DNA of 64,000 bases from Burkholderiales bacterium. GTDB lineage: Bacteria; Pseudomonadota; Gammaproteobacteria; Burkholderiales; JAEUMW01. The stretch spans positions 3,598 to 67,597 of the forward strand of contig JBDHRV010000002.1 of NCBI GenBank assembly GCA_039807745.1, read 5' to 3'. Shown piece after piece: positions 1-13,088 of the stretch (positions are counted from its first letter, which is position 1; every line of letters begins with the position of its first letter). The notes below the pieces were generated by a model. It saw nothing but the letters and a program-made list of their open reading frames with translations, was not told where the DNA came from and made no database searches. Made by a program: the position numbers and the translations under genes.

Positions 1-1430
<1,430 letters not shown>

Positions 1431-1457
1431 GCCCGGCGCAACCCGGTATGATTCAGC

Positions 1458-2048
1458 GTGGATCCTCGGACCACGACCTCGACCCTTTCAATGCCTGACG
1501 CGATCGCAGCGGCGGATGCCTGGAAGATCCTGCAGACCGCGGACGAGATCTGCTCCGCGGGCACCGTGGCCGCGGCCGTGCGCCGCGTCAGCGAGGAGAT
1601 CACGGCACGCCTGCGCGAGCGCCGGCCGCTCGTGCTCTCGGTGATGGGCGGTGCGGTGGTGTTCACGGGCCACCTGCTGCCCCAGCTCCACTTTCCCCTC
1701 GATTTCGATTACATCCACGTGACCCGTTACCGGCGCGGGACGCGGGGTGGCGAGATCAGCTGGCAGGTCGGACCGAAGGAAAGCGTCGCGGGGCGGGTGG
1801 TGCTGGTGCTGGACGACATCCTGGACGAAGGGCAGACCCTTGCCGCGGTGCGCACGCGCATCCTGGAGGGCGGCGCGACCGCCTTCCACTCCGCGGTGCT
1901 GGCCGACAAGGACATCGGCCGGCCGAAGCCCATTGCCGCTGACTTCGTGGGCGTGCGCGTGCCGGATCGCTATGTCTTCGGCTTCGGCATGGACGTGCAC
2001 GGGGCGTGGCGCAATCTGCCCGCGATCTACGCGCTGCCGGCAACCTGA
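1458..2048 (+). CDS. hpt: hypoxanthine/guanine phosphoribosyltransferase family protein
   Basis: PRPP-binding motif VVLVLDDILDEGQTL. Type I PRTase length. The start could instead be the Met at 1491. Confidence 0.75.
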   Translation: MDPRTTTSTLSMPDAIAAADAWKILQTADEICSAGTVAAAVRRVSEEITARLRERRPLVLSVMGGAVVFTGHLLPQLHFPLDFDYIHVTRYRRGTRGGEISWQVGPKESVAGRVVLVLDDILDEGQTLAAVRTRILEGGATAFHSAVLADKDIGRPKPIAADFVGVRVPDRYVFGFGMDVHGAWRNLPAIYALPAT

Positions 2049-2057
2049 GCCCCGCCC

Positions 2058-2804
2058 ATGCTCGCGATCATCGGTGGCTCCGGCGTCGCCCAGCTGACCA
2101 ACCTGGAAGTGAGCGGACAGCGCGTCGTGCGCACGCCCTACGGCGATCCGTCTGGCGCTCTCACCTTCGGTCACCTCAACCGTACCGAGGTCGTTTTCCT
2201 GGCGCGCCACGGATACGGCCACACCATCCCGCCGCACCTGGTCAACTATCGCGCCAACATCTGGGCGCTGCACTCGCTCGCCGTGAGCGGGGTGATCGCG
2301 ATCGCGTCGGTGGGCGGCATCCGCTCGGACCTGGAAGCGGGCGCCCTCGTGCTTCCCGATCAGATCATCGATTACACGCACAGCCGCAAAAACACCTTCT
2401 TCGAGGGCTCGGACCAGCCCGTCACGCACATCGACTTCACGGCCCCGTATTCGCGCCCGCTACAGGAGAAGTGCCTGCGCGCAGCGCAACTCGCGGACGT
2501 GCCGCTCAAGCTCGGCGGCGTCTACGGCGCCACGCAGGGACCCCGGCTCGAGACAGCGGCGGAGATCGATCGGCTGGAGCGCGACGGCGTCGACATGGTC
2601 GGGATGACCGGCATGCCGGAGGCCGCCCTGGCACGCGAGATCGGGCTCGAGTACGCGGCGATCGCGGTGATCGCGAACGCTGCCGCGGGGCGCGGCAGCA
2701 GTCGGGACGGCATCCGGCTGCCGGAGCTGCAGGTCACCCTGCAGGCGGCCGTCGGCAAGGTGAAGCGCGTGCTCGACCGCCTGGTGGAAGTTCATGGCGA
2801 TTAG
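2058..2804 (+). CDS. mtnP: S-methyl-5'-thioadenosine/thioinosine phosphorylase (PNP family 2)
   Basis: 248 aa. [10 protein letters not shown]-terminus and [24 protein letters not shown] signature. Adjacent to a PRTase, as in many proteobacteria. Confidence 0.85.
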   Translation: MLAIIGGSGVAQLTNLEVSGQRVVRTPYGDPSGALTFGHLNRTEVVFLARHGYGHTIPPHLVNYRANIWALHSLAVSGVIAIASVGGIRSDLEAGALVLPDQIIDYTHSRKNTFFEGSDQPVTHIDFTAPYSRPLQEKCLRAAQLADVPLKLGGVYGATQGPRLETAAEIDRLERDGVDMVGMTGMPEAALAREIGLEYAAIAVIANAAAGRGSSRDGIRLPELQVTLQAAVGKVKRVLDRLVEVHGD

Positions 2805-3327
2805 GCCGGTGCTCAAGATGGGCGATCGCCGGCTCCTGGTGCCGGCGCAACCGGTGCGCGAGTTCGGCACCGCCGCGCTCGACGCACTGCTCGAGGACAT
2901 GCACGACACCATGGCGGCGCTCGACGGCGCCGGGCTCGCCGCCCCGCAGATCGGCGTCGGCCTGCAGGTGGTCGTCTTCGGCGTGACGCAGAACCCGCGC
3001 TATCCGGACGTCGAGACAGTCCCCTATACCGTGCTCGTCAACCCGGTGCTCATGCCGGTGCGGCCGGAGATGGAGGAGGGCTGGGAAGGATGCCTTTCGG
3101 TGCCGGGGATGCGTGGGCTGGTGCCGCGTTATCGCGAGCTGCGCTACCAGGGGTTCGACCAGCACGGCGCGGCCATCGATCGCACCGTCTCGGGGTTCCA
3201 CGCGCGGGTCGTGCAGCACGAGGTCGATCACCTCCACGGCATCCTGTACCCGATGCGCATTCGCGACTTGAGGAACTTCGGTTTCAGCGAGGTCCTGTTT
3301 CCCGATCTGCCCGTTCCCGACGAGTGA
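2794..3327 (+). CDS. def: peptide deformylase
   Basis: All three PDF motifs are present: [24 protein letters not shown]. 11-nt overlap with the upstream gene. Confidence 0.93.
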   Translation: MAIRPVLKMGDRRLLVPAQPVREFGTAALDALLEDMHDTMAALDGAGLAAPQIGVGLQVVVFGVTQNPRYPDVETVPYTVLVNPVLMPVRPEMEEGWEGCLSVPGMRGLVPRYRELRYQGFDQHGAAIDRTVSGFHARVVQHEVDHLHGILYPMRIRDLRNFGFSEVLFPDLPVPDE

Positions 3328-3335
3328 GCTCGGCG

Positions 3336-5924
3336 TCAGGACTCCAGCGCGGCGAGCAGATCCGATTCCAGACGCAGCGTCGATTTCGCGTCGCGCAGCG
3401 CGGCTCCGGTCACGAGAAAGGTGTCTTCGGCGCGCTCGCCGAGCGTGTTGATCTTCGCGGTGTGCACCAGGACGCCATAGTCGGCAAGGATGCGGGAGAT
3501 TCGCGAAAGCAGGCCCGGGCGGTCGCCGGCGACGATCGAAAGCACGTGGAACGCGCCGCGCTCGTCGGGGTACAGTCCCACCGCCGGGGTGATCGGAAAG
3601 TGCTTGAGATGGCGCGACAGCCGCCCCGATGCAGGCGGATCCAGCGGTGTCCTGCGCATCAGCCGGTCGGCGAGCTCATGCTCGATGGTGCTGATCACGT
3701 CGCGGTAGTGGGCGGTCTTGTTGAACACGTCCAGCACCTGAAAGCTGTCGAGAGCGTAACCGTGACGGGTGGTGTAGATCTTGGCCTCGACGATGTTGTA
3801 GTTCATGCGCTCGAAAAAGCTGCATATCTGCGCAAATAGATCCTTCTCGTCGCGGGTGTAGATCATGACCTGCAGACCCTCGCCCGCGGGCGAGAGGCGC
3901 GCCTTCACCACGGGCTGCGGCGTGTTCGGCCGGAAGAAGAGCTGCCGCGTGTGCCAGGCGATTTCCTGTACATCGTGGCGCAGAAAGTAGGCGGTATCGA
4001 GCTTGTCCCACAGCGCGTCCTCCGTCCCTTCGCCGATCGCGTACAACCTGAGCTTCGCCCGCGACTCCGCCTTGCGCCGCGTGAGCGTCACATCGATTGC
4101 GGAACCGTCGCCCGCCAGCGCGCGCTGAGTTGCCCAGAAGAGATCCTCGAGGAGCTTCGCCTTCCACCCGTTCCAGACCTTCGGGCTGGTGCCGCGGATA
4201 TCCGCGACGGTGAGCAGATAGAGCGCGCCGAGCCGCCGCGGGGTCTGCACGCGGGCGGCGAAGCTCATCACCACCGCCGGATCGGAGAGGTCGGATTTCT
4301 GCGCCGTGGACGACATCACGAGGTGATCGCGGACGAGCCAGGCGACGAGGTCTGTTTCCTCGCGCGCGAGTCCGTGCCGGCGGCAGAAGCGGCGCGCGTC
4401 CACCGCGCCCAGCTCCGAGTGATCGCCGCCGCGCCCCTTGGCGATGTCGTGGAAGAGGGCCGCGATGTAGAGCAGCTCGGGCTGGCGAAAGTCCCCGATC
4501 AGCCGGCTGCAAAGCGGGTACTCATGGGTGAATTCCTTGATCGTGAAACGGCGCAGGTTGCGCAGCACTTTCATGATGTGCTCGTCCACCGTGTAGACGT
4601 GGAAGAGGTCGTGCTGCATCTGGCCGACGATGCGACCGAACTCCGGAACGTAGCGCGCCAGCACGCCGCACTGGTTCATGAGCCGCAGCACCCGGACCAG
4701 GGCATGCGGCTCGCGCAGGATGGCGAGGAACAGCGCCTGATTGCGCGGATCGCGGCGGAATGTGCTCCCGATGCTGCGGCTTGCCCGGCGCAGCGCGCGC
4801 AGGGTTTCGGGGCCGATGCCCTGCAGCTCGAGGTGCTGCTGCAGGACCAGGAAGGTCTCGAGGATGGCGGTGGGTTCGCGCTCGAACAGGTCGCTCGTGC
4901 GCGCTTCGAGCAGCTCGTGGCGGGCCTCGAACCGCTCGTTGAGCGGCGAGGGCGGCGCTTCCGGCGGCGGCTGCATGCGCGTGCGCAGGTTGAGCAGCAG
5001 CGTGTTGTTGAGCTCGCGGACGTTGTTCGCCGTGCGGTAGAAGCGCTGCATCAGCTGTTCGCTCGCCCGCCGCGCGACGCCATCGCGGTAGCCCAGCTCT
5101 TTCGCGAGCTGATTCTGATAGTCGAAGAGCAGGCGATCCTCACGCCGGCCGGCCAGGTAGTGCAGGCGCACCCGCAAGCCGCGCAGAAAAAGCTCGTGCC
5201 GCTTGATCTCGCGCACCTCGTCGCGCGTCATGAGCCGCGTGGCCGCGAGGTCGTCCCAGCTGCGCCCGAGATGGGCGGCGCGGCTGATCCAGAGGATGGT
5301 CTGCAGATCGCGCAGCCCGCCGGGACAATCCTTCAGGTTGGGCTCGAGGTTGTATGCGGTGTCGTTGGAGCGGTTGTAGCGCTGGCGCTGCTCGAGCTGC
5401 TTGGCGAGAAAGAAATTCTTCGCATCAAGATCGCGGGCGAGCATGATCTGCAGGCAGGCGTACTGCTTCCGGCTCCCGGCCAGCCGACGGGCCTCGAGCA
5501 GGTTGGTCTGAATGGTGACGTCCTGGGCGGCGAGCTCGATGCACTGTTCGACGGTGCGCACGCTGTGGCCGATGTCCAGACCGATGTCCCAGAGTATGCC
5601 GACGAGCTCTTCGACGAACTTCCGGTAGCGGTTCTCTCCGCCCGGCGGAAGCAGGATCAGGACATCGATGTCGGAGTACGGGAAGAGCTCGCCGCGACCG
5701 TAGCCGCCCACCGCCACCAGCGCCATGTCGGCTGGCAGGTCGAGGCTGCGCCAGATGGTCTTGAGCAGACTGTCGACCAGCTGCCGGTGCTGCACGAGCA
5801 CGAACGAAACCGGCGAGCCGAGCAGGAAACCCTTGCGCAGCCCCTCGCGCCCTTCCTTCAGGACCTGCTTCCAGAGCGGTACCGAGGGCGACGGTTTGGC
5901 GACGAGAGGGGGGGCGATCTCCAT
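3336..5924 (-). CDS. glnD: [protein-PII] uridylyltransferase/uridylyl-removing enzyme
   Basis: NTase motif GGYGRGELFPYSDIDVLIL, HD domain HDIAKGRGGDH, two C-terminal ACT-like repeats. I chose the Met at 5924 (MEIAPP..) rather than the track start 6002, which would overlap map by 68 nt. Confidence 0.9.
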   Translation of the reverse strand: MEIAPPLVAKPSPSVPLWKQVLKEGREGLRKGFLLGSPVSFVLVQHRQLVDSLLKTIWRSLDLPADMALVAVGGYGRGELFPYSDIDVLILLPPGGENRYRKFVEELVGILWDIGLDIGHSVRTVEQCIELAAQDVTIQTNLLEARRLAGSRKQYACLQIMLARDLDAKNFFLAKQLEQRQRYNRSNDTAYNLEPNLKDCPGGLRDLQTILWISRAAHLGRSWDDLAATRLMTRDEVREIKRHELFLRGLRVRLHYLAGRREDRLLFDYQNQLAKELGYRDGVARRASEQLMQRFYRTANNVRELNNTLLLNLRTRMQPPPEAPPSPLNERFEARHELLEARTSDLFEREPTAILETFLVLQQHLELQGIGPETLRALRRASRSIGSTFRRDPRNQALFLAILREPHALVRVLRLMNQCGVLARYVPEFGRIVGQMQHDLFHVYTVDEHIMKVLRNLRRFTIKEFTHEYPLCSRLIGDFRQPELLYIAALFHDIAKGRGGDHSELGAVDARRFCRRHGLAREETDLVAWLVRDHLVMSSTAQKSDLSDPAVVMSFAARVQTPRRLGALYLLTVADIRGTSPKVWNGWKAKLLEDLFWATQRALAGDGSAIDVTLTRRKAESRAKLRLYAIGEGTEDALWDKLDTAYFLRHDVQEIAWHTRQLFFRPNTPQPVVKARLSPAGEGLQVMIYTRDEKDLFAQICSFFERMNYNIVEAKIYTTRHGYALDSFQVLDVFNKTAHYRDVISTIEHELADRLMRRTPLDPPASGRLSRHLKHFPITPAVGLYPDERGAFHVLSIVAGDRPGLLSRISRILADYGVLVHTAKINTLGERAEDTFLVTGAALRDAKSTLRLESDLLAALES

Positions 5925-5934
5925 GCCGTTCGGT

Positions 5935-6738
5935 CTATGACGCGACGAAAGCGGGCGGCGGCGGCGAACCTTCGGACCGGGTGAGGATCTCGAATCCCGC
6001 ATCCGTCACCAGGACCGTGTGCTCCCACTGCGCCGAGAGGCTGTGATCCTTGGTGACGACCGTCCAGCCGTCCGCGAGCTGCCGGATCGCCGGTCGCCCG
6101 GCGTTCACCATCGGCTCGACCGTGAAGGTCATGCCCGCCTGCAGCCTGAGCCCGGTGCCCGCACGACCGTAATGCAGCACCTGAGGCTCCTCGTGAAAGC
6201 GCGCGCCGATGCCGTGTCCGCAGAATTCACGCACGATGCTGAAGCCGTGGGCTTCGGCATGGGACTGTATGACATACCCGATATCGCCGAGGTGTGCGCC
6301 CGGGCGCACGGCTGCGATGCCCTTCCACATGCACTCGTAGGTGATCTCGGACAAGCGCCGCGCCTGAATCGAAGGCTGCCCCACGTAGTACATGCGACTC
6401 GTATCGCCGTGGTAGCCATCCTTGATCACGGTGACGTCGATGTTGACGACGTCCCCCGCGCGCAGTCGCTTGTCTCCCGGGATGCCGTGACACACGACGT
6501 GGTTGACCGACGTGCAGATCGAGCGTGGGAAGGGCTCGTAGCCCGGCGGTGCGTAGTGGAGCGGGGCGGGAATCGACTGCTGGACATCGACCATGTGGCG
6601 ATGGCAGAGCTCGTCGAGCTCACCCGTCGTGACCCCCGGTTTGACGTAGGGCGCGATGAAGTCGAGGACCTCGGCGGCGAGGCGGCCGGCGAGACGCATC
6701 TTCTCGATCTCCTCCGGGCTCTTGATGGTGACGGACAT
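5935..6738 (-). CDS. map: type I methionine aminopeptidase
   Basis: MSVTIKSPEEIEKMR N-terminus, VCHGIPG, DVVNIDVTV, GHGIG metal-ligand motifs. Start trimmed to the Met at 6738. Confidence 0.92.
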   Translation of the reverse strand: MSVTIKSPEEIEKMRLAGRLAAEVLDFIAPYVKPGVTTGELDELCHRHMVDVQQSIPAPLHYAPPGYEPFPRSICTSVNHVVCHGIPGDKRLRAGDVVNIDVTVIKDGYHGDTSRMYYVGQPSIQARRLSEITYECMWKGIAAVRPGAHLGDIGYVIQSHAEAHGFSIVREFCGHGIGARFHEEPQVLHYGRAGTGLRLQAGMTFTVEPMVNAGRPAIRQLADGWTVVTKDHSLSAQWEHTVLVTDAGFEILTRSEGSPPPPAFVAS

Positions 6739-6838
6739 GGGGCGGGCTTTCGACAGCGGAAACGAATGCAAACCATTCTACCGGACTGTCGCGCCGGTGC
6801 CGCGGCCATTCGGCCCAGGTCGGCCGGACCACGGCCCC

Positions 6839-6868
6839 TTGAGCCTTGTCGGGTGCGTCGAGTATACT
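6839..6868 (+). promoter_or_regulatory. candidate sigma70 promoter for rpsB-tsf
   Basis: -35 TTGAGC (6839-6844), 18-nt spacer, -10 TATACT (6863-6868). Implies a leader of about 220 nt before the rpsB start. Confidence 0.35.
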
Positions 6869-7007
6869 TCGCGGTTATTTTTTGCGGCGCCGGCGGCGAA
6901 TGTGAAGTCTCGTGGGACACGGCATTCGATGTTGGCGGCAACTACTCACACCTGCCCGGTTCAGGCGCCTGCGTCACACGCGAGCGCAAGCAAGGGTGCC
7001 CCGCGTG

Positions 7008-7060
7008 TTTGGCGCGGGGTGGGCTGGCGAACGGATGCGACCGTCCGCCAGCGGCGCAGG
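7008..7060 (+). promoter_or_regulatory. two stable hairpins in the rpsB 5' leader (possible S2 autoregulatory structure)
   Basis: CCCCGCG(7008-7014)/CGCGGGG(7022-7028) with a 7-nt loop. CTGGCG(7033-7038)..ACGG-loop-CCGT..CGCCAG(7055-7060). SD GGAG at 7083-7086. Confidence 0.35.
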
Positions 7061-7096
7061 TGGCGGCTCAACCCTAAGCATACGGAGTGATCGATC

Positions 7097-7852
7097 GTGT
7101 CAGTGACCATGCGCCAGATGCTGGAGGCGGGCGTCCATTTCGGACACCAGACCCGCTATTGGAATCCGAAGATGGCTCCCTACATCTTTGGCCAGCGCAA
7201 CCGGATCCACATCATCAACCTCGAGGCGTCGCTCGCGATGTATCAGGACGCCCTCAAGTACGTACGTCAGCTTGCCTCCAACAAGGGCACCATCCTTTTC
7301 GTGGGCACGAAGCGCCAGGCGCGCGAGATCGTGCGCGAGGAGGCCATGCGCTGCGGGTCGCCCTATGTCGATCAGCGATGGCTCGGTGGCATGCTCACCA
7401 ACTTCAAGACCGTGAAACAATCGACCAAGCGGCTGCGCGAGATGGAAGCCATGATCGCGGACGGCTCGGTCGACCGGATGTCGAAGAAGGAGGCGCTCTT
7501 CTTCCAGCGCGAGCTCGACAAGCTGCTGAAGAGCATGGGCGGCATCAAGGACATGGACGGTCTGCCCGATGCTGTCTTCATCATCGACGTCGGCTACCAG
7601 AAAGGCGCCGTGCAGGAAGCGAAGAAACTCGCCATCCCGGTGATCGCCGTCGTGGACACGAACAACTCCACGGACGGCGTGGACTACGTGATCCCGGGCA
7701 ACGACGATTCGAGCGGCGCCATCCGCCTTTATGCCCGCGGTGTAGCGGACGCGATTCTCGAAGGTCGCAGCCAGATCATCCGCGAGATCGTGAGCGACGA
7801 GTTCGTCGAACTCGAGGAAGGCGGCGAGGAGGGTGTCCCGGCGCAGCAGTAG
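7097..7852 (+). CDS. rpsB: 30S ribosomal protein S2
   Basis: GTG start. [22 protein letters not shown] is nearly identical to the canonical S2 N-terminus. Confidence 0.97.
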   Translation: MSVTMRQMLEAGVHFGHQTRYWNPKMAPYIFGQRNRIHIINLEASLAMYQDALKYVRQLASNKGTILFVGTKRQAREIVREEAMRCGSPYVDQRWLGGMLTNFKTVKQSTKRLREMEAMIADGSVDRMSKKEALFFQRELDKLLKSMGGIKDMDGLPDAVFIIDVGYQKGAVQEAKKLAIPVIAVVDTNNSTDGVDYVIPGNDDSSGAIRLYARGVADAILEGRSQIIREIVSDEFVELEEGGEEGVPAQQ

Positions 7853-7921
7853 CGCGCCGGCAGACGCACCAAACGGATATCACGCGCGCGGGCGCTGCGC
7901 CCGCCGCTTCGGAGATGGGTA

Positions 7922-8800
7922 ATGGCGGAAATCACCGCGTCGATGGTGAAGGAACTGCGCGAGGCGACCGGCCTCGGCATGATGGAATGCAAGAAAGCCC
8001 TGGCAGAGGCGGGCGGTGACATGACGGCCGCCGCCGACCTGCTCAGGATCAAGAGCGGTGCGAAGGCGAGCAAGGCGGCGGGCCGGATCGCCGCCGAGGG
8101 TGTGGTCGATGCCTGGATCGCCGCGAACGGCCAGACCGGGGCGCTGGTGGAGATCAACTGCGAGACGGACTTCGTGTCGCGTAACGAGGACTTCCTCGCC
8201 TTCGCGAAGAAGCTCTCCCAGCTCGTCGGGGAGCAGGATCCTCACGACCTGACGGTGCTCGCCGAACTGCCGCTGGATGGGACGACCGTCGAGGCGGCGC
8301 GGCAGGCGCTCGTGCAGAAGATCGGCGAGAACATCGGCGTGCGCCGCTTCGCGCGCTTTGCCACGGACGACACGCTTGCCTGTTACCTGCACGGCACCCG
8401 CATCGGCGTCCTGGTGGATTACGCCGGGGGGAACGAGCAACTCGGCAAGGATATTGCAATGCACATCGCCGCGAGCAAGCCTCTGGCTGTGTCAAAGGAA
8501 GAGATCCCCGGTGCACTGCTCGAAAAGGAACGGGAGATCTATGCGGCACAGGCGGCGGAAAGCGGCAAACCGGCCAACATCATCGAGAAGATGGTGGAAG
8601 GCCGGGTCGTGAAGTACCTCGCCGAAGTAACCCTGCTCGGCCAGCCGTTCGTGAAGGATCCCGACGTCACGGTGGAAAAGTTGCTCGCATCGAAGCACGC
8701 GCGGGTGAATCGGTTTGCGCTCTTCGTGGTGGGTGAGGGCATCGAGAAGAAGTCGGCGGACTTCGCGCAGGAAGTGATGGCTGCCGCAGGAATCAAGTAA
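7922..8800 (+). CDS. tsf: translation elongation factor Ts
   Basis: [30 protein letters not shown]-like N-terminus. 292 aa. Immediately follows rpsB. Confidence 0.97.
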   Translation: MAEITASMVKELREATGLGMMECKKALAEAGGDMTAAADLLRIKSGAKASKAAGRIAAEGVVDAWIAANGQTGALVEINCETDFVSRNEDFLAFAKKLSQLVGEQDPHDLTVLAELPLDGTTVEAARQALVQKIGENIGVRRFARFATDDTLACYLHGTRIGVLVDYAGGNEQLGKDIAMHIAASKPLAVSKEEIPGALLEKEREIYAAQAAESGKPANIIEKMVEGRVVKYLAEVTLLGQPFVKDPDVTVEKLLASKHARVNRFALFVVGEGIEKKSADFAQEVMAAAGIK

Positions 8801-8819
8801 CCAAGACACATCGCTCGCC

Positions 8820-9560
8820 ATGAGCATCCCCGTTGTCCCTCCGGCGGCAGCACCGGCCTACAAGCGCGTCCTCCTCAAGCTGAGCGGCGAGGCGCTGATG
8901 GGCGACGATCGCTACGGCATCAACCGCGAGACGCTCGAGCGCATCGTGTCGGAAGTCGCCGAAGTGGTGCGCATGGGGGTGGAAGTCGGCGTGGTGATCG
9001 GCGGCGGCAACATCTTTCGCGGCGTGGCACCGGCAGCAGCCGGGATGGACCGCGCCACGGCGGACTACATCGGCATGCTCGCGACGGTGATGAACGCGCT
9101 CGCATTGCAGGATGCGATGCGCCGGATCGGGCTCGCGAGCCGGGTGCAGTCGGCGCTCAACATCGAGCAGGTGGCCGAACCGTACATCCGCGGCAAGGCC
9201 ATGCGCTATCTCGAGGAGGGCAAGGTGGTGATCTTCGCCGCCGGCACCGGCAACCCCTTCTTCACCACCGATACCGCGGCGGCGCTGCGCGGCATGGAGA
9301 TGAACGCGGAACTGGTCATCAAGGCGACCAAGGTCGACGGCGTCTACACCGAAGACCCGAAGCGCAATCCCGACGCGAGGCTCTACCAGCGGCTCACGTT
9401 CGATGAAGCCATCGTGCGCAATCTCAAGGTGATGGACGCCACCGCCCTCACGCTATGCCGCGACCAGCGACTGCCGATCAACGTCTTCAACATCTTCAAA
9501 CCGACCGCGTTCAAGCGCGTCGTGCTGGGGCTCGAAGAGGGCACCATGGTGCACAGCTAA
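8820..9560 (+). CDS. pyrH: UMP kinase
   Basis: [13 protein letters not shown] and GGGNIFRG motifs. Conserved tsf-pyrH-frr order. Confidence 0.96.
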   Translation: MSIPVVPPAAAPAYKRVLLKLSGEALMGDDRYGINRETLERIVSEVAEVVRMGVEVGVVIGGGNIFRGVAPAAAGMDRATADYIGMLATVMNALALQDAMRRIGLASRVQSALNIEQVAEPYIRGKAMRYLEEGKVVIFAAGTGNPFFTTDTAAALRGMEMNAELVIKATKVDGVYTEDPKRNPDARLYQRLTFDEAIVRNLKVMDATALTLCRDQRLPINVFNIFKPTAFKRVVLGLEEGTMVHS

Positions 9561-9585
9561 GCCGATTACTTGCGAGACCCGATCG

Positions 9586-10143
9586 ATGATCGCCGACGTC
9601 AAGAAGAACGCGGAACACAAGATGAGCAGGACCGTGGAGACGCTCAAGACCGACCTGGGCAAGGTGCGCACGGGGCGCGCGCACACGGGACTGCTCGATC
9701 ACATCACGGTCGACTATTACGGCAATCCGACGCCCATCAACCAGGTCGCCAATGTCACGCTGATCGACGCGCGCACCATCGGCGTTTCACCCTGGGAGAA
9801 GAAAATGGCGTCAGCCATCGAGAAAGCCATTCGGGATTCCGATCTCGGGTTGAATCCCGCGACGGTGGGGGAGCTGGTGCGCGTGCCGATGCCACCGCTG
9901 ACCGAGGAGCGCCGCCGCGATCTGATCAAGGTCGTCCGCCACGAGGCGGAAAATGCGCGCGTGGCCGTGCGCAACGTGCGGCGCGATGCGATCGCACACC
10001 TCAAGGATCTCCTCAAGAGCAAGGGCATCTCCGAGGACGACGAGCGCCGCGCGCAGGACGACATCCAGAAGCTCACGGACCGTTTTATCGCCGAGGTCGA
10101 CAAGACCCTGCAGGTAAAAGAGTCGGACCTGATGGCGGTATAA
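9586..10143 (+). CDS. frr: ribosome recycling factor
   Basis: 185 aa. [20 protein letters not shown] signature. Confidence 0.96.
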   Translation: MIADVKKNAEHKMSRTVETLKTDLGKVRTGRAHTGLLDHITVDYYGNPTPINQVANVTLIDARTIGVSPWEKKMASAIEKAIRDSDLGLNPATVGELVRVPMPPLTEERRRDLIKVVRHEAENARVAVRNVRRDAIAHLKDLLKSKGISEDDERRAQDDIQKLTDRFIAEVDKTLQVKESDLMAV

Positions 10144-10932
10144 GTGACCGCGCATACCAGCTCCACCCTCGACGTTCCCCTCGTCGGGGCAGTGCCCAGA
10201 CATGTTGCCGTCATCATGGACGGCAACGGGCGCTGGGCCAAGAACCGATTCCTGCCCCGGGTCGCAGGCCACAAGCGCGGCGTCGCGGCAGTGCGCGCGG
10301 CGGTCGAGGGCTGCGTCGAGTTCGGCGTCGAATACCTGACCCTGTTCGCGTTCAGCAGCGAGAACTGGCGCCGTCCCGAGAAGGAGGTGTCGGTCCTGAT
10401 GCAGCTCTTCGCGCGCACCCTCGAGCAGGAAGTCGAGAAGCTGCACGAGAACGGCATCCAGTTTCGCGTGGTCGGCGATCTCGCGCGCTTCGAGCCGCGA
10501 CTGCGGCAACTGATAACGGCGGCCGAAGCCCTCACTGCCGGCAATCGCAGGATGACCCTGACAATAGCGGCGAACTACGGTGGGCGCTGGGACATTCTGC
10601 AGGCGATGCGGCGGATGATCGCGGCACGGCACGAGCTCGCCGACGGCAACTTCGCCGAGGCCGACCTGATCCCTTACCTGTCGATGAGCTACGCACCCGA
10701 GCCCGATCTCTTCATTCGCACTGGCGGCGAGAAGCGCATCAGCAACTTCCTCGTCTGGCAACTGGCCTACACCGAGCTCTACTTTACCGACACCCTCTGG
10801 CCAGACTTCGACCGTAACACCCTCGCCCGCGCGATCGACTCCTATCGCACTCGCGAGCGCCGCTTCGGCCGCACCAGCGAACAGCTGCAGACCGCCGTCG
10901 AAGTCCCGCTTCCGGTCGCCAAGCTCGGGTAG
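10144..10932 (+). CDS. uppS: di-trans,poly-cis-undecaprenyl-diphosphate synthase
   Basis: GTG start directly after the frr stop. [13 protein letters not shown] and ERRFG motifs. Confidence 0.94.
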   Translation: MTAHTSSTLDVPLVGAVPRHVAVIMDGNGRWAKNRFLPRVAGHKRGVAAVRAAVEGCVEFGVEYLTLFAFSSENWRRPEKEVSVLMQLFARTLEQEVEKLHENGIQFRVVGDLARFEPRLRQLITAAEALTAGNRRMTLTIAANYGGRWDILQAMRRMIAARHELADGNFAEADLIPYLSMSYAPEPDLFIRTGGEKRISNFLVWQLAYTELYFTDTLWPDFDRNTLARAIDSYRTRERRFGRTSEQLQTAVEVPLPVAKLG

Positions 10933-10968
10933 CGGCGCGGCCGCGTCCCCGCGGTTGGTACGCGACTC

Positions 10969-11766
10969 ATGCTGAAGCAGCGAATCGTCACCGCGGTGGC
11001 GTTGATTGCGCTGTTTCTCGCGGCCGATTTCTATCTTTCGACGCTCGCCTGGGGACTGCTGCTGCTGGTCCCGATGGCGCTGGGGGCGTGGGAGTGGGCC
11101 GCCCTGGCGAAGTTTTCCAAGGGTGGGCATGCCGTCTTTACCGCCCTGGTGCTCGGCAGCTGCTTGGCCCTCGCCGCGGGCGGACGGGCAGCGGGGTCGG
11201 ATGCCGCCGCGATCGTCGTGCTCGCGGTCGCCGTCGCCTTCTGGGCGAGCGTCGTGCCGCTCTGGCTGCATCGGGCGTGGTCGGTCCGCTCGCCGGTGAG
11301 CCTGGCGGCCGCGGGCTGGCTCGTGCTGGTGCCGGGCTGGTACGGGATGGTAGTCCTGCATCGCGACCCCGCCGCATTGCTCGCGCTCCTCGCCGTGGTG
11401 TGGATTGCAGACAGCGCGGCATTTTTCGCCGGCCGGCGCTTCGGCCGTCACAAGCTCGCGCCATCGATCAGCCCGGGCAAGACCTGGGAGGGCGTAGGCG
11501 GAGCGTTCGCGGCCGTGCTACTGTACGCTCTGATTCTCGAGCGGGTGCCGCTTGTGGCAGGACTCAGGGGCGGTCTCTACGCCCTGGTGCTGGGCATGGC
11601 GATCCTGGGCATTCTGGGCGACCTGTTCGAGTCCTGGATGAAGCGGCAGGCCGGCGTCAAGGACAGCGGGACGCTCCTTCCGGGGCACGGCGGCGTCCTC
11701 GACCGGATCGACGCGCTGACGGCGGCCGTCCCGCTCGCGGCCCTATGGACTCTCCTCGATCGATAG
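10969..11766 (+). CDS. cdsA: phosphatidate cytidylyltransferase
   Basis: Polytopic membrane protein. CDS signature [28 protein letters not shown]. Confidence 0.93.
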   Translation: MLKQRIVTAVALIALFLAADFYLSTLAWGLLLLVPMALGAWEWAALAKFSKGGHAVFTALVLGSCLALAAGGRAAGSDAAAIVVLAVAVAFWASVVPLWLHRAWSVRSPVSLAAAGWLVLVPGWYGMVVLHRDPAALLALLAVVWIADSAAFFAGRRFGRHKLAPSISPGKTWEGVGGAFAAVLLYALILERVPLVAGLRGGLYALVLGMAILGILGDLFESWMKRQAGVKDSGTLLPGHGGVLDRIDALTAAVPLAALWTLLDR

Positions 11767-11770
11767 ACCG

Positions 11771-12958
11771 ATGTCGTCCGTCCAATCCCTCACCATCCTC
11801 GGATCGACCGGCAGTATCGGCGTCAACACGCTCGACGTGGTCGCCCGCCACCCGGACCGCTTCCGGGTCGTGGCGCTCTCCGCCCACACCCGGTCCGACG
11901 TGCTGTTCGACCAGTGCATGCGGTTTCGACCGCGCTATGCCGTGGCGGTCGACAGCCGCGCCGCGGGCGCGCTGCGCGAGCGCTTGCGCGGCGCGGGAAC
12001 TCAGACCGAGGTGCTGTCCGGCGCCGCCGCGCTGGAGGAGATTGCCCGTCTGCCAGAAGCCGGCAGCGTGATGGCGGCCATCGTCGGGGCGGCTGGACTG
12101 CGCGCCGGGCTTGCCGCGGCGGAGGCCGGCAAGAAGGTGCTGCTCGCCAACAAGGAGGCGCTGGTCATGGCGGGCCCGATGTTCATCGATGCCGTGCGCC
12201 GCAACCGGGCGGTGTTGCTGCCCATCGACAGCGAACACAACGCTATATTCCAGGCGCTGCCGCGGGACTTTCGCGGCAATCTCGACGAGGTGGGCGTGCG
12301 CCGCATCCTCCTCACCGCTTCCGGCGGCCCCTTTCGCGATGCCGCACCCGACGCGCTGGCGGCCGTCACGCCCGCCGAGGCGTGTGCCCATCCCAACTGG
12401 AGCATGGGGCGGAAGATCTCGGTCGATTCGGCGACCCTCATGAACAAGGGTCTCGAGGTGATCGAGGCGCACTGGCTCTTCGATGCGCCGCCCGAGCGCA
12501 TCCAGGTGGTGATCCATCCCCAGAGCGTGATTCACTCGATGGTGGAGTACATCGACGGGTCGGTCCTCGCGCAGCTCGGCAACCCGGACATGCGCACGCC
12601 GATCGCTCACGCGCTGGCCTTCCCCGAACGCATCGATGCGGGCGTCACGGCCCTGGATCTGGTGCAGGTCGGCGCGCTAACGTTCGCGGCGCCGGACCCG
12701 CAGCGCTTCCCGTGTCTCGGCCTCGCCTACGCAGCGCTGCGGGCAGGTGGCACCGCCCCCGCCATCCTGAACGCGGCGAACGAGGTCGCGGTGGCGGCGT
12801 TTCTCGACAACCGCCTGCGCTTTCTGGAGATTCCGCGGATCATCGATGCCGTGATGCAGCGGGTCCCGGGTGCGAGCGCAACATCGATCGAAGACATTCT
12901 CGATGCCGATGGCCGCGCGCGGGATGCAGCATCGGCGCTGCTCAGGGCGGCCGCGTGA
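11771..12958 (+). CDS. dxr: 1-deoxy-D-xylulose-5-phosphate reductoisomerase
   Basis: [22 protein letters not shown]-binding N-terminus, LANKE motif, 395 aa. Confidence 0.95.
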   Translation: MSSVQSLTILGSTGSIGVNTLDVVARHPDRFRVVALSAHTRSDVLFDQCMRFRPRYAVAVDSRAAGALRERLRGAGTQTEVLSGAAALEEIARLPEAGSVMAAIVGAAGLRAGLAAAEAGKKVLLANKEALVMAGPMFIDAVRRNRAVLLPIDSEHNAIFQALPRDFRGNLDEVGVRRILLTASGGPFRDAAPDALAAVTPAEACAHPNWSMGRKISVDSATLMNKGLEVIEAHWLFDAPPERIQVVIHPQSVIHSMVEYIDGSVLAQLGNPDMRTPIAHALAFPERIDAGVTALDLVQVGALTFAAPDPQRFPCLGLAYAALRAGGTAPAILNAANEVAVAAFLDNRLRFLEIPRIIDAVMQRVPGASATSIEDILDADGRARDAASALLRAAA

Positions 12959-13088
12959 GCGCCATGTTCCGTCCGCAGGCACGTGCCATCCTGCTCGGAC
13001 TCACCGCGGGCGGGCTTCGAGGAGCGTCGAGCGCAAGACCGCGGTGGCGCGGGGCCCGACCACCATACCCCGGACTGGAGGTGAAACT

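Noticed and set aside
3951-5984. Very long alternative ORFs opposite or out of frame with real genes. Examples: 3951-5984 (+), 9811-11451 (-), 23694-24992 (-), 39337-40944 (+), 45088-46242 (+), 50862-52073 (+), 52199-53821 (-), 56123-57223 (+), 60278-61084 (-).
   Set aside because: Each overlaps a gene with unambiguous conserved motifs on the other strand or frame. Their translations are Arg/Ala/Gly/Pro-rich low-information sequence, typical of stop-codon-poor shadow frames in high-GC DNA.
12870-13088. 5'-extended ORF starts in the track: rseP 12870, fabZ 18109, lpxB 18746, TrmH-like 21176, kdsA 25336, fabG 44401, fabD 45245, fabH 46401, methyltransferase 48240, uvrB 57199, glnD 6002, pilH 36611.
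   Set aside because: The extensions overlap the preceding gene and lack homology-like sequence. Internal starts give canonical N-termini, often with an SD or a stop-start overlap.
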